Positions 36,012-44,758 of a stretch of 64,000 bases of DNA are shown here, piece by piece. Numbering within the stretch: position 1 is the stretch's first letter; every line of letters starts with the position of its first letter. Source of the DNA: an uncultured Bacteroidales bacterium. Its GTDB lineage: Bacteria; Bacteroidota; Bacteroidia; Bacteroidales; UBA11471. Under the pieces are notes generated by a model that worked only from the letters and a program-made list of their open reading frames with translations, was not told where the DNA came from and did no database searches. The stretch lies in the NCBI GenBank assembly GCA_947593515.1, contig CANQDQ010000010.1, positions 73 through 64,072 of the forward strand. The letters are read 5' to 3'. The position numbers were made by a program, and so were the translations under genes.

Positions 36012-37208
36012 TTATGCTTTCGGCGGATAAGGGTGGTCGTACAGCGCCTGCAAAACAGCACGGTCGGCATCGGAAAGCGATTTGCCGCGCCGCGCCATCA
36101 TGCGCTCCGCCATCTCCTCGACACGCGACAAAGCGACTGGGTCGAAGCCTTCGGCGCCTCCCTGCACAAAAGAATCGATAATCGTGCGAGGGAAACCGGG
36201 TCCATACACATTCGCGCCTACACCCACCATCGTCGCCGTGTTGAACATCGTATTGATGCCCGAGCGCGAATGGTCGCCCATCAGCAAGCCGCAGAATTGC
36301 AGCCCCGTAGAGTGGAAGCGGTGTTCCGTATAGTTCCACAATTTCACTTCGGCGTAGTTGTTTTTCAGGTTCGAGCAATTCGTGTCCGCCCCGAGATTGC
36401 ACCATTCGCCGATAACGGCGTTGCCCAGATAGCCGTCGTGTCCCTTATTGGAATAACCGAGCATCACCACATTGCTCAACTCGCCGCCCGCCTTGCAATG
36501 CGGACCGAGCGTCGTCGCCCCGTATATTTTGGCATTCATGTTCACGGTGGCGTGGGTGCAGGCGGCAAACGGCGCGCGAATGGCGACACCCTCCATGATT
36601 TCGGCATCGCGACCGATGTATATCGCCCCGTTCTTCACATTGAGAATGGCGCATTCGAGCGTCGCCCCCTCCTCGATGAAAAGTTTAGGCGTACCGTCGG
36701 CAAAGCACGGGTCGCCGACCAGCCGGCACGAAGCGGGCAGCGGCTGCGAGGTGCGTCCCGCCGTTATGGCGCGGAAGTCTTTTTCCAACTCTTTGCCGTT
36801 CTCCCTGAAAATATCATATACGGCGCGTATCGCCGTGTAATCCTTTTCGTACCGGCGTGTCGAGGCAAACGCCTTGCTGTCGAAACCGGCACGGTCGCCG
36901 CGGTAAGCCAGCAGCGTATCGTCGGCGCCGAACAGCGCTTCGCCCTCCGACAAAGCGGCAACGGCGGCAGCCAAGTCGGCATCGGGGCAGAGATTGCCCG
37001 CCACGAACAAAGCCCTGTCGGGCACGGCAGGATATTTCACAGCCAGATACTCCGCGCTCAGCGCCGTATATTCACCCGGCAAAAAACGCTCCCATTTTTC
37101 GCGTATCGTAACGATGCCCACGCGCACATCGCTCACCGCGCGGGTGAACGTTATCGGGAGGCACGCACAATGGCTTGCCTGCGTATCGAAAAGAACGATG
37201 TTTTCCAT
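36012..37208 (-). CDS. Putative sugar nucleotidyltransferase with left-handed beta-helix (GlmU-like)
   Basis: Start at ATG 37208 (MENIVLFD). N-terminal nucleotidyltransferase-like part, then hexapeptide repeats (IGRDAEIMEGVAI..., GNAVIGEWCNLGADTNCSNL). Confidence 0.6.
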   Translation of the reverse strand: MENIVLFDTQASHCACLPITFTRAVSDVRVGIVTIREKWERFLPGEYTALSAEYLAVKYPAVPDRALFVAGNLCPDADLAAAVAALSEGEALFGADDTLLAYRGDRAGFDSKAFASTRRYEKDYTAIRAVYDIFRENGKELEKDFRAITAGRTSQPLPASCRLVGDPCFADGTPKLFIEEGATLECAILNVKNGAIYIGRDAEIMEGVAIRAPFAACTHATVNMNAKIYGATTLGPHCKAGGELSNVVMLGYSNKGHDGYLGNAVIGEWCNLGADTNCSNLKNNYAEVKLWNYTEHRFHSTGLQFCGLLMGDHSRSGINTMFNTATMVGVGANVYGPGFPRTIIDSFVQGGAEGFDPVALSRVEEMAERMMARRGKSLSDADRAVLQALYDHPYPPKA

Positions 37209-37227
37209 ATTCATCTGTTTTTGGTTT

Positions 37228-37737
37228 TTAATCTTCTGCATCTTCATCGCAACCGGCAGGGTAAAGAATAAACGTCGTGCCTCCTATCGACACGATAGCG
37301 CCGTCGTCGAGGCGTATCCGGTCGCGGCGTCCGAGCCGGATCTCCCGCAGATAGGTGCCCGACCGCGCCGAGCAGTCGCTCAATGTATAGACGAATCCGC
37401 CCTGCTTGTCGGGGCGTACGTTGAGTATGCAATGGCGGCGTTCCAAGTCGGCATCGCTGCTTTCGATGGCAATATCCACGTCGGTGCCCTTGTTGCGCCT
37501 GCCTATCACGTTGTCGCCGAGCGCGAGCGGAAACTCCTGCCGGTAGCAGCAGTTGTTTTCCAACACGACGATGCGACCGCAGTCGGGGGCATCGTCCTGC
37601 GCCGAAATTTCCTGATGCGACAGCGAAAAGCTCTTCCCGCAGTGGGGACAAGTCAAATGGAGCGACTCGCCCGCCTCGCACCGCGTTTCGTCGAAAGTTA
37701 CATACCCGTCGCATCGGGGGCAAAGCACACGTTTCAT
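37228..37737 (-). CDS. Zinc-ribbon plus FHA domain protein
   Basis: Start at ATG 37737 (MKRVLCPRCDG...CPHCG, a CxxC...CxxC ribbon). The C-terminal FHA pattern is LGDNVIGRR....DIAI.....LERRHC.L......GGFVYTLSDCSARSGTYL....L. Confidence 0.7.
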   Translation of the reverse strand: MKRVLCPRCDGYVTFDETRCEAGESLHLTCPHCGKSFSLSHQEISAQDDAPDCGRIVVLENNCCYRQEFPLALGDNVIGRRNKGTDVDIAIESSDADLERRHCILNVRPDKQGGFVYTLSDCSARSGTYLREIRLGRRDRIRLDDGAIVSIGGTTFILYPAGCDEDAED

Positions 37738-37788
37738 CTTCTCTGTTTTTTCCGGTCGGGAGCGGTATTTTCGCCCCGCTCCATGCTG

Positions 37789-37796
37789 CAAAGATA
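37789..37796 (-). promoter_or_regulatory. -7 promoter box TATCTTTG (minus strand)
   Basis: Forward-strand caaagata, 52 nt upstream of ATG 37737. Confidence 0.35.
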
Positions 37797-37879
37797 AAAG
37801 TTATTTTCATAAGCGGCACAGCAGAATCGGGGAGAAACGAATATTTCTTGTTTTCCTGTCGCTTTTTACCGTTTTTTCA

Positions 37880-37887
37880 TACATTTG
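37880..37887 (+). promoter_or_regulatory. -7 promoter box TACATTTG
   Basis: Consensus match 30 nt upstream of ATG 37918. Confidence 0.45.
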
Positions 37888-37917
37888 CAGAACAAATCGT
37901 TTCCAATAATTTTGTTT

Positions 37918-38469
37918 ATGAACGACCAAATCAAACAAATCGCCCACCGGTTGAAAGGTTTGCGGGAAGTACTCGACCTTTCGGTCGCCGACGTTGCCGC
38001 CGTATGCGGCTTGACTCCCGAAGCCTACGAACGGCTGGAATCGGGCGAAACCGACATTCCCGTCAGCGTGCTGCACCAAATCGGCACCCGTTACGAAATA
38101 GACCTTTCGGCGCTCATGTTCGGCGAAGAACCGCGCATGAACAGCTACTTCCTCACCCGCAGCGGGCAGGGTGCCAGCGTGCAGCGCACCAAAGCCTACA
38201 AATACCAGTCGCTCGCCGCCGGCTTCATGAACCGTAAAGCCGACCCCTTCATCGTAACGGTGGAGCCGTCGGACAGCAAAGAGATTTATCTCAACACCCA
38301 CCCGGGACAGGAGTTCAACTACATTCTCGAAGGGCGCATGATTCTGCAAATCGGCGAAAAGCAATTGACCCTCAACGAGGGCGACAGCCTCTACTTCGAC
38401 GCCAACCGCCCACACGGCATGAAGGCGCTCGACGGAAAACGGGTGCGCTTTCTCGCCATCATTCTCTAA
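37918..38469 (+). CDS. XRE-family transcriptional regulator with C-terminal cupin domain
   Basis: Start at MNDQIKQIAHRLKGLRE. HTH_3 N-terminus and cupin_2 C-terminus (HPGQEFNYILEGRMILQIG...GDSLYFDANRPHGM). Confidence 0.8.
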   Translation: MNDQIKQIAHRLKGLREVLDLSVADVAAVCGLTPEAYERLESGETDIPVSVLHQIGTRYEIDLSALMFGEEPRMNSYFLTRSGQGASVQRTKAYKYQSLAAGFMNRKADPFIVTVEPSDSKEIYLNTHPGQEFNYILEGRMILQIGEKQLTLNEGDSLYFDANRPHGMKALDGKRVRFLAIIL

Positions 38470-38499
38470 TACATTCAACTGGGTAAAAAAGAAATCATC

Positions 38500-40152
38500 A
38501 TGGTAGAAAAATTCTTGCAACAGACGAAATTTTCTTCACAGGAAGATTTTATTCGGAACTTCAAAATAAAGGTGCCCGAGAATTTCAATTTCGGGTACGA
38601 CGTCGTCGATGAGTGGGCACGCACCGCTCCCGACAAAAAAGCCCTCTGTTGGACGAACGACAAGGGCAAACACATCGACTTCACTTTCGCCGACATAAAA
38701 CGGGAAAGCGACAAAGCCGCCGCGTTTTTCACCTCGCTGGGAATAGGCAAAGGCGATATGGTGATGCTCATTCTCAAACGCCGCTACGAATTTTGGTTTT
38801 CGATTATCGCCCTGCACAAAATCGGGGCGGTATGTATTCCCGCCACCCACCTGCTGACCGAAAAAGATATCATATACCGCTGCAACGCCGCCGACATAAA
38901 AATGATTGTGGCAGTGGGCGAAGACATCGTACTCGGGCACGTCGATCGCTCGGTGGAGGCATCGCCCTCGCTCAAATACCGCGTGTCGATAGGACCGTCG
39001 GTGCCGGAGGGCTGGCTCGACTTCCACGCCGGCACGGAGGCTGCCGCGCCTTTCGTGCGTCCGGCACACGTCAATACCAACGACGACATATCGCTGCTCT
39101 ACTTTACTTCGGGTACGACCGGCAACCCCAAAATGGTGGCGCATACCTTCACCTACCCGCTGGGGCACATCGTTACCGGCTCGTTCTGGCACAACCTCGA
39201 CGAAACGAGCCTGCACCTCACCCTCGCCGACACAGGCTGGGGCAAAGCCGTGTGGGGCAAGCTCTACGGGCAATGGATTGCCGGCGCCAACGTGTTCGTT
39301 TACGACTACGACAAGTTCACCCCCGCCGACGTGCTGGAGATGATAGAGAAATACCGGATTACCTCGTTCTGCGCACCGCCCACCGTATTCCGCTTCCTCA
39401 TACGCGAGGACATTTCGCGCTACGACATCTCCTCGCTGCGCTACTGCACCATTGCCGGCGAAGCCCTCAACCCCAAAGTATATGAGGAGTTTTTCCGCAT
39501 CACGGGCATCAAACTGATGGAGGGCTTCGGGCAGACCGAAACGACCCTCACCATCGCCACCTATCCGTGGATAGAGCCGAAACCCGGCTCTATGGGCATA
39601 CCCAATCCGCAATACGACGTCGATTTGCTCACGCCCGACGGACGCCGCGCCGAAGAGGGCGAACAGGGGCAAATCGTCGTGCGCACCGACAAGGGCTATC
39701 CGATAGGACTTTTCAAGGAGTATTACCGCGACGAGGAGCGCACGCGCGAAGTCTTCCACGACAACATCTATTACACGGGCGACGTGGCTTGGCGCGACGA
39801 AGACGGCTATTTCTGGTTCGTGGGACGCGCCGACGACGTTATCAAGTCGTCGGGCTACCGCATCGGTCCTTTCGAAGTGGAAAGTGCGCTGATGACCCAC
39901 CCCGCCGTAGTCGAATGCGCCATTACCGGCGTGCCCGACGAAATACGCGGGCAGGTGGTGAAAGCCACCATCGTGCTCTCCAAAGAGTACAAATCTCGCG
40001 CCGGCGACGAACTCGTCAAAGAGATACAAGACCACGTGAAGCGGGTTACCGCCCCGTACAAATATCCGCGCATCGTCGAATTTGTCGATGAATTGCCGAA
40101 GACCATCAGCGGCAAGATACGGCGCGTGGAAATACGCGACAAATCTAAATAA
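38500..40152 (+). CDS. AMP-forming acyl-CoA synthetase (medium-chain / ACSM-like)
   Basis: 550 aa. AMP-binding signature LYFTSGTTGNPKMV, YGQTE-like GFGQTE, and the C-terminal PKTISGKIRR lysine motif. Confidence 0.9.
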   Translation: MVEKFLQQTKFSSQEDFIRNFKIKVPENFNFGYDVVDEWARTAPDKKALCWTNDKGKHIDFTFADIKRESDKAAAFFTSLGIGKGDMVMLILKRRYEFWFSIIALHKIGAVCIPATHLLTEKDIIYRCNAADIKMIVAVGEDIVLGHVDRSVEASPSLKYRVSIGPSVPEGWLDFHAGTEAAAPFVRPAHVNTNDDISLLYFTSGTTGNPKMVAHTFTYPLGHIVTGSFWHNLDETSLHLTLADTGWGKAVWGKLYGQWIAGANVFVYDYDKFTPADVLEMIEKYRITSFCAPPTVFRFLIREDISRYDISSLRYCTIAGEALNPKVYEEFFRITGIKLMEGFGQTETTLTIATYPWIEPKPGSMGIPNPQYDVDLLTPDGRRAEEGEQGQIVVRTDKGYPIGLFKEYYRDEERTREVFHDNIYYTGDVAWRDEDGYFWFVGRADDVIKSSGYRIGPFEVESALMTHPAVVECAITGVPDEIRGQVVKATIVLSKEYKSRAGDELVKEIQDHVKRVTAPYKYPRIVEFVDELPKTISGKIRRVEIRDKSK

Positions 40153-40159
40153 TTCCGCC

Positions 40160-41251
40160 ATGCCCCGCTACAAACGCATCACCGTAAAAATAGGCAGCAA
40201 CGTACTCACACGACCCGATGGGACGCTCGACGTTACCCGTATGTCGGCGCTGGTCGATCAGGTGGCTGCCCTGCACAAACAGGGCATCGAAGTGATACTC
40301 GTATCGTCGGGTGCCGTGGCGTCGGGGCGCAGCGAGCTGGGCATGGAACACGACCGGCGGCTCGACGCCGTATCGGCACGCCAGCTTTTCTCGGCAGTGG
40401 GGCAGGCAAAACTCATCAACCGTTATTACGAACTCTTCAAAGAACACGGCATCGCCTGCGGGCAGATACTCACGATGAAAGAGAGTTTCTCCACCCGCCG
40501 CCACTACCTCAACCAAAAGCACTGCATGGAGGTCATGCTCGAAAACGGCGTCATTCCTATCGTCAATGAAAACGACACCGTGTCGGTAACCGAACTGATG
40601 TTCACCGACAACGACGAACTCTCAGGCATGATAGCCTCCATGATGGACGCAGAAATACTCATCATACTCAGCAACATCGACGGCATCTACACCGGCGCCC
40701 CCGACGACCCGCAGAGCCGCCTTATTCCCGAAATATCGGCAGAAAGCCGCACCGACCTCTCCAAATACATTCAGACGGGAAAATCCTCTTTCGGACGCGG
40801 CGGTATGCTCACCAAGAGCAGCATCGCCCGCAAAGTGGCGCAGGAGGGTATCGAGGTAATCATTGCCAACGGTCGGCGCGACGACGTACTCGCTGCCCTG
40901 CTCCGTCGGGACGGCACGACACCCTGCACCCGCTTTCTTCCTTCGGACAAAACGACATCGAGCATCAAAAAGTGGATTGCCCACTCCGAAGGATTCGCCA
41001 AAGGCGGAGTGCACATCAACGAACAAGCGGCGGAGCGGCTGCTCTCCCGTCGGGCGACGAGCCTGCTTCCCATCGGAGTAACCGCCGTCGAAGGCGATTT
41101 CGAGAAAGGCGACATCGTGCGGATATACGCCCCCGACAGCCGCCAGATAGGCGTCGGGCGCATCAGCTGCGACAGCTCGAAAGCACGGACGCTCATCGGC
41201 AAACAGGGCGGACGCCCCCTCATTCACTACGACTACCTCTTCCTCGACTGA
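40160..41251 (+). CDS. proB: Glutamate 5-kinase with PUA domain
   Basis: Start at ATG 40160 (MPRYKRITVKIGSNVLT). Amino-acid kinase fold (VILVSSGAVASG, IPIVNENDTV) and a C-terminal PUA domain (GDIVRIY...IGVGRISC). Confidence 0.9.
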   Translation: MPRYKRITVKIGSNVLTRPDGTLDVTRMSALVDQVAALHKQGIEVILVSSGAVASGRSELGMEHDRRLDAVSARQLFSAVGQAKLINRYYELFKEHGIACGQILTMKESFSTRRHYLNQKHCMEVMLENGVIPIVNENDTVSVTELMFTDNDELSGMIASMMDAEILIILSNIDGIYTGAPDDPQSRLIPEISAESRTDLSKYIQTGKSSFGRGGMLTKSSIARKVAQEGIEVIIANGRRDDVLAALLRRDGTTPCTRFLPSDKTTSSIKKWIAHSEGFAKGGVHINEQAAERLLSRRATSLLPIGVTAVEGDFEKGDIVRIYAPDSRQIGVGRISCDSSKARTLIGKQGGRPLIHYDYLFLD

Positions 41252-41376
41252 CCCCGCCCGCAAAACCCGAATCGGCATTACCTCACCGCAAAATTTTACC
41301 GATTATTTACCCCTCTGCTTATTTCTCTGCACTCACATAAATCATACAAACACTTGCTTTTACCTACAAAAGATAT

Positions 41377-41384
41377 TATATTTG
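41377..41384 (+). promoter_or_regulatory. -7 promoter box TATATTTG
   Basis: Exact consensus 24 nt upstream of ATG 41408. Confidence 0.45.
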
Positions 41385-41407
41385 CATCGGTAAGAAATAA
41401 AAAACTG

Positions 41408-41971
41408 ATGCGAGAGTCTGATATACAAAAGATTAAAGCAGTCCTACTGTACATCTTGGACAAAATGCCGAAAGAACGATGCGATGTGTATCATATCGTA
41501 AAGACGGCATTCTATGCCCAGAAATATCATTTTGTCAGATATGCTTTACCGTTGTTCAAAGATGACATTACGGCATTGCAGTTCGGACCGGTTCCCTCTC
41601 TTATATACAACGCCCTAAAAGTTGCACGAGGACAGCAAGATGCGTATCACTTTTGCGATAAACACACCCTCGACACCCTCTCATCGGCCATAAATTTCAA
41701 AGACGAGTTCTTCTCTGCCAAAGAAAAAGCGGATATGGAAAGCCTGTCGAAATCCAACATAGAGTGCCTCGATGAAGCAATCTTACAGGTAAAAGATATG
41801 GCGTTTTCCGAATTAATGGAAGCCACCCACGATAAAGAATGGTATAGAGCGTATCACTCCTCAAACAACCATACGATGGATAATATAAACATCGCGAGGG
41901 AAAACGGAGCGGACGAATTGACGATCTCCTATCTTTCCGAAAGTCTTGAAATCGATCAAATGATTAATTGA
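41408..41971 (+). CDS. Panacea (DUF4065, SocA/GepA-like) antitoxin-domain protein
   Basis: ATG 41408 (the track start at 41354 is TTG). Pattern IQKIKAVLLYILDK......YHIVKTAFYAQKYHFVRYALPLF.DDITALQFGPVPSLIYNALK matches the DUF4065 core. Only 1 nt separates it from the downstream ORF. Confidence 0.75.
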   Translation: MRESDIQKIKAVLLYILDKMPKERCDVYHIVKTAFYAQKYHFVRYALPLFKDDITALQFGPVPSLIYNALKVARGQQDAYHFCDKHTLDTLSSAINFKDEFFSAKEKADMESLSKSNIECLDEAILQVKDMAFSELMEATHDKEWYRAYHSSNNHTMDNINIARENGADELTISYLSESLEIDQMIN

Positions 41972-41972
41972 T

Positions 41973-42413
41973 ATGTTATTAGGAGACCTTGAAAGATTAA
42001 AAGACTTTCAAATCCGTATCGGAAGTGTTTTCCGAATGACATTTTATCCCCAAGATAGAGTTACCCCGAAAGGACAAGGCGCACAATCGCGAATAAAATA
42101 TTTTGTAATTGTCGGTATCGATGCAAACGGTGATTATATCGGAGCGTCGTTGATTAACACAAACGTCAATATCAACTTTGCCGCAAAAATTGCGCCATAC
42201 CAATTATGTATATATCCGGATAAATATGAATTTTTAGACGGTAAATACCGGTATGTGGACGGATATGCCATTAAACAGATAAAAAAAGAGCGTATCCAAA
42301 ACGAGGCTGAATATATCGGGATTCTTGAAGATGACGATATTGAGAAAATCCGTGAATTATTGAGAAAATCTCCGGCTATGGATACACGCACATTGCGCCA
42401 ATTCGGCATATAG
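41973..42413 (+). CDS. Candidate cognate toxin (possibly a divergent MazF/PemK-like fold)
   Basis: 146 aa, translationally coupled to the Panacea gene. By eye the block order resembles MazF (G.V....F.P......R.KYFVIVG......IGASLINTN......L..........RYVDGYAIKQIKKERI......G.L...DIEKIRELL). Confidence 0.45.
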   Translation: MLLGDLERLKDFQIRIGSVFRMTFYPQDRVTPKGQGAQSRIKYFVIVGIDANGDYIGASLINTNVNINFAAKIAPYQLCIYPDKYEFLDGKYRYVDGYAIKQIKKERIQNEAEYIGILEDDDIEKIRELLRKSPAMDTRTLRQFGI

Positions 42414-42523
42414 TTTCCCACCAATCGGTCGTTATTCCCCTGCGACGCGTAAAGCGCAAAATCGAATTTACTTTTTTGTAAAAGATTTATCCACCTATTG
42501 CTGTTCTGTAAAAATAAAAACAG

Positions 42524-42531
42524 TAAATTTG
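42524..42531 (+). promoter_or_regulatory. -7 promoter box TAAATTTG
   Basis: Exact consensus 62 nt upstream of ATG 42594. Confidence 0.4.
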
Positions 42532-42593
42532 TATGGCACTGGTTTATTTTAATACTACATTGATTTACAAATTATTATCCAACCTATTTTACC

Positions 42594-43439
42594 ATGAAAC
42601 TATACGACAATCTTCAAGAATCCATAAAAGTGGTGAACACTTCGGCACAAAACCTCATGTTGGGCATAAATGCCCTCGATAATGTTTTGAAAGGAATCGA
42701 ACCGGGCAGCGTCGTTGTGATAGAAGGACGGGCGGACAACGGTCGGGCGGAGATGTTCAACACCCTTATCTGCAACATTGCCATTAAACAATCGCGTCCG
42801 TCGCTTATATTGAATATCTCCACGTTGGAGTCCGAATTTTACAACCGGCTCTTTTCGGCGCTTACCAATACGGACATCGACATCGTGCGAAAATCGCCTG
42901 CCGATATTTGGGCTAAACATTCCGACAAACTGCAAAAAACGAACTGCGATATAGAATTTCTCCGGTTTGCCCCTATCAAAGACATCGCCGCGTGCATAAG
43001 GGAATATGCCGCCGCAGGAGTAGAAATCGTATTTATCGACCTTTTCCAAGCCATCGACGACGACGGAGATAATCGTTACTGCATATCGGAGCGATGCTCA
43101 AAATTGTTGTATTCCCTCGCAAAAGAATATAAAATCACAATCATCTTGACAAGCAACATTTATCCGACAGAAGAACGGATAGGCGGCATACGGGAAAAAC
43201 AACCGTCACTCGCCGATTTAGCCCCGTTCGGACAGCTCGACGAGTTCAGCGATGTCGTCATATCGCTGTTTGTTCCGGAAATATATAACATCAAAGAAGA
43301 TTTGCAAGGCAACGATTTGACAGAGCAGGCTTTCGTTTCCATCATAAAAAATACTCTCAATCAAAAACTACCTTCCGTGCGCCTCTATTATGATGCCCAA
43401 CATTTCAAAATGGAAGGCACACAACTATGGAATGCGTAA
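42594..43439 (+). CDS. Orphan DnaB C-terminal-like RecA-fold protein with degenerate catalytic motifs
   Basis: 281 aa, collinear with DnaB_C. GSVVVIEGRADNGRAEMF stands for the Walker A GxxxxGKT, VFIDLFQA for IDYLQL, TSNIY for SQLNR, and DLAPFGQLDEFSDVV for DLRESGSIEQDADLI. There is no N-terminal DnaB domain. Confidence 0.7.
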   Translation: MKLYDNLQESIKVVNTSAQNLMLGINALDNVLKGIEPGSVVVIEGRADNGRAEMFNTLICNIAIKQSRPSLILNISTLESEFYNRLFSALTNTDIDIVRKSPADIWAKHSDKLQKTNCDIEFLRFAPIKDIAACIREYAAAGVEIVFIDLFQAIDDDGDNRYCISERCSKLLYSLAKEYKITIILTSNIYPTEERIGGIREKQPSLADLAPFGQLDEFSDVVISLFVPEIYNIKEDLQGNDLTEQAFVSIIKNTLNQKLPSVRLYYDAQHFKMEGTQLWNA

Positions 43440-43477
43440 AAATCCATTGGGAATAAACGGCGATAGTCGTTTTTCAC

Positions 43478-43485
43478 TATATTTG
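43478..43485 (+). promoter_or_regulatory. -7 promoter box TATATTTG
   Basis: Exact consensus 126 nt upstream of ATG 43612. It is the only such box before the three-gene block 43612-47383. Confidence 0.4.
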
Positions 43486-43611
43486 CAATTGGAAAGAGGC
43501 AACCCATTCCAAGACATATCGAAAAAAGAGCGTTATGCTTATCTTGTAATTGAAAAAGTCAAAATTTTAGAAAGGGACTCTGGTAATCGAAGAATATAAA
43601 ATTCATTGCGT

Positions 43612-44103
43612 ATGAATACGATTAACAAAACATTTCTTGTTAGCTGTTGCCTTTTAATGCTTGTAAGTTGTAGAGCTCTTCAACAGCCTGTTATTGTCAG
43701 GAACGCTCCTATTGAGACTTTTAAGTACGCATATATTTCTCCCACAAAAGAACTTACTTCAAGTAGTAGTGGAATATATTACGAAATATATGAAACTTCG
43801 ACAACAAAAAGTGTCAATCCGAGTGATGTTATATCTGGAGTATTGATAAAAGAAGGATTTATCATATTACCCGAACTTAAATCCGAGCTATCTCATGAAA
43901 CTCTAATCGTTAATTATGGAGAGAGTGGTCGGCGCAATATCGGTTTGTTTTCCTATGCAACAGAAGTAACGATACAATTCATATCTGCCGAAACAAACCA
44001 AATGATATGCACTTGTACTGCCGAAGGACAAGGCGAAACAGAAGCAGATAGTATTCGCCAAGCCATTAGACGAGCATTGTCAAGCCTGTTCGAGAACAAA
44101 TAA
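43612..44103 (+). CDS. Small lipoprotein, function unknown
   Basis: ATG 43612 (the track start is TTG). Signal and lipobox MNTINKTFLVSCCLLMLVSC. 163 aa. AT-rich. Confidence 0.6.
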   Translation: MNTINKTFLVSCCLLMLVSCRALQQPVIVRNAPIETFKYAYISPTKELTSSSSGIYYEIYETSTTKSVNPSDVISGVLIKEGFIILPELKSELSHETLIVNYGESGRRNIGLFSYATEVTIQFISAETNQMICTCTAEGQGETEADSIRQAIRRALSSLFENK

Positions 44104-44136
44104 AACCGTTTGCATCAAATAATTAAACAGGAGATT

Positions 44137-44733
44137 ATGAAAAATTTTATTATCACATTTGCATTGATGACAATTGCATTAGCCGCATTTGCACAAAGCA
44201 ATTCAGAACATCTCACTTTCAAAGGTGTACCTATTGATGGAACTCTCAATGAATATGTTGCAAAAATGGAAAATGCAGGATTTAGTCATATTGACACAAA
44301 AGACGGCGTTGCCATTTTGAGTGGAGAATTTGCTGGCTATAAAGATTGTATGATTGGTGTAATGACTTTCCAAAAATGTGATCTCGTCCACGAAATTAGA
44401 ATCCTTTTCCCAAGACAAAACACGTGGAAAGGCTTAGATTTTGATTATAATAGATTAAAATCAATGCTTTCAAAAAAATATGGGAAGCCTGATGAGTGTG
44501 TCGAAAAATTTGTTAATACCCCAAGATATCTCAACATGAATGATGAGAATGACAAAATGCGTGAAGTTGAAAATAACCACTGCATATATTATTCTGTATT
44601 CAAAATTAAAAACGGCAATATTTCACTATTTATCGAATATGACGGTGTATTCGGTGGTTGTCGTGTTAAATTATGGTATTCGGACAAAATCAATTCAAAG
44701 GCTTTTGAAGAAGCGGCAATAGATGATTTATAA
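44137..44733 (+). CDS. Secreted protein, function unknown (small-exported-protein family common in Bacteroidales)
   Basis: ATG 44137 (the track start is TTG). Signal peptide MKNFIITFALMTIALAAFAQ, then the LTFKGVPIDGTLNEYV...KYGKP... pattern. Confidence 0.6.
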   Translation: MKNFIITFALMTIALAAFAQSNSEHLTFKGVPIDGTLNEYVAKMENAGFSHIDTKDGVAILSGEFAGYKDCMIGVMTFQKCDLVHEIRILFPRQNTWKGLDFDYNRLKSMLSKKYGKPDECVEKFVNTPRYLNMNDENDKMREVENNHCIYYSVFKIKNGNISLFIEYDGVFGGCRVKLWYSDKINSKAFEEAAIDDL

Positions 44734-44758
44734 TTATTTTATTGTAAATAATTGATAT

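Noticed and set aside
36000-36030. Weak resemblance between the sequence following repeat Y2 and repeat X
   Set aside because: Only scattered matches (gccgaca.../gccaatg...) are present. The region is the 3' end of the LbH gene CDS, so I treat the resemblance as coincidental.
43390-43599. 69-aa ORF in the DnaB-like / lipoprotein intergenic region
   Set aside because: It overlaps the 3' end of the DnaB-like gene and contains the TATATTTG promoter box for the downstream operon. It has no signal or family features. A small protein cannot be excluded, but it is not supported.
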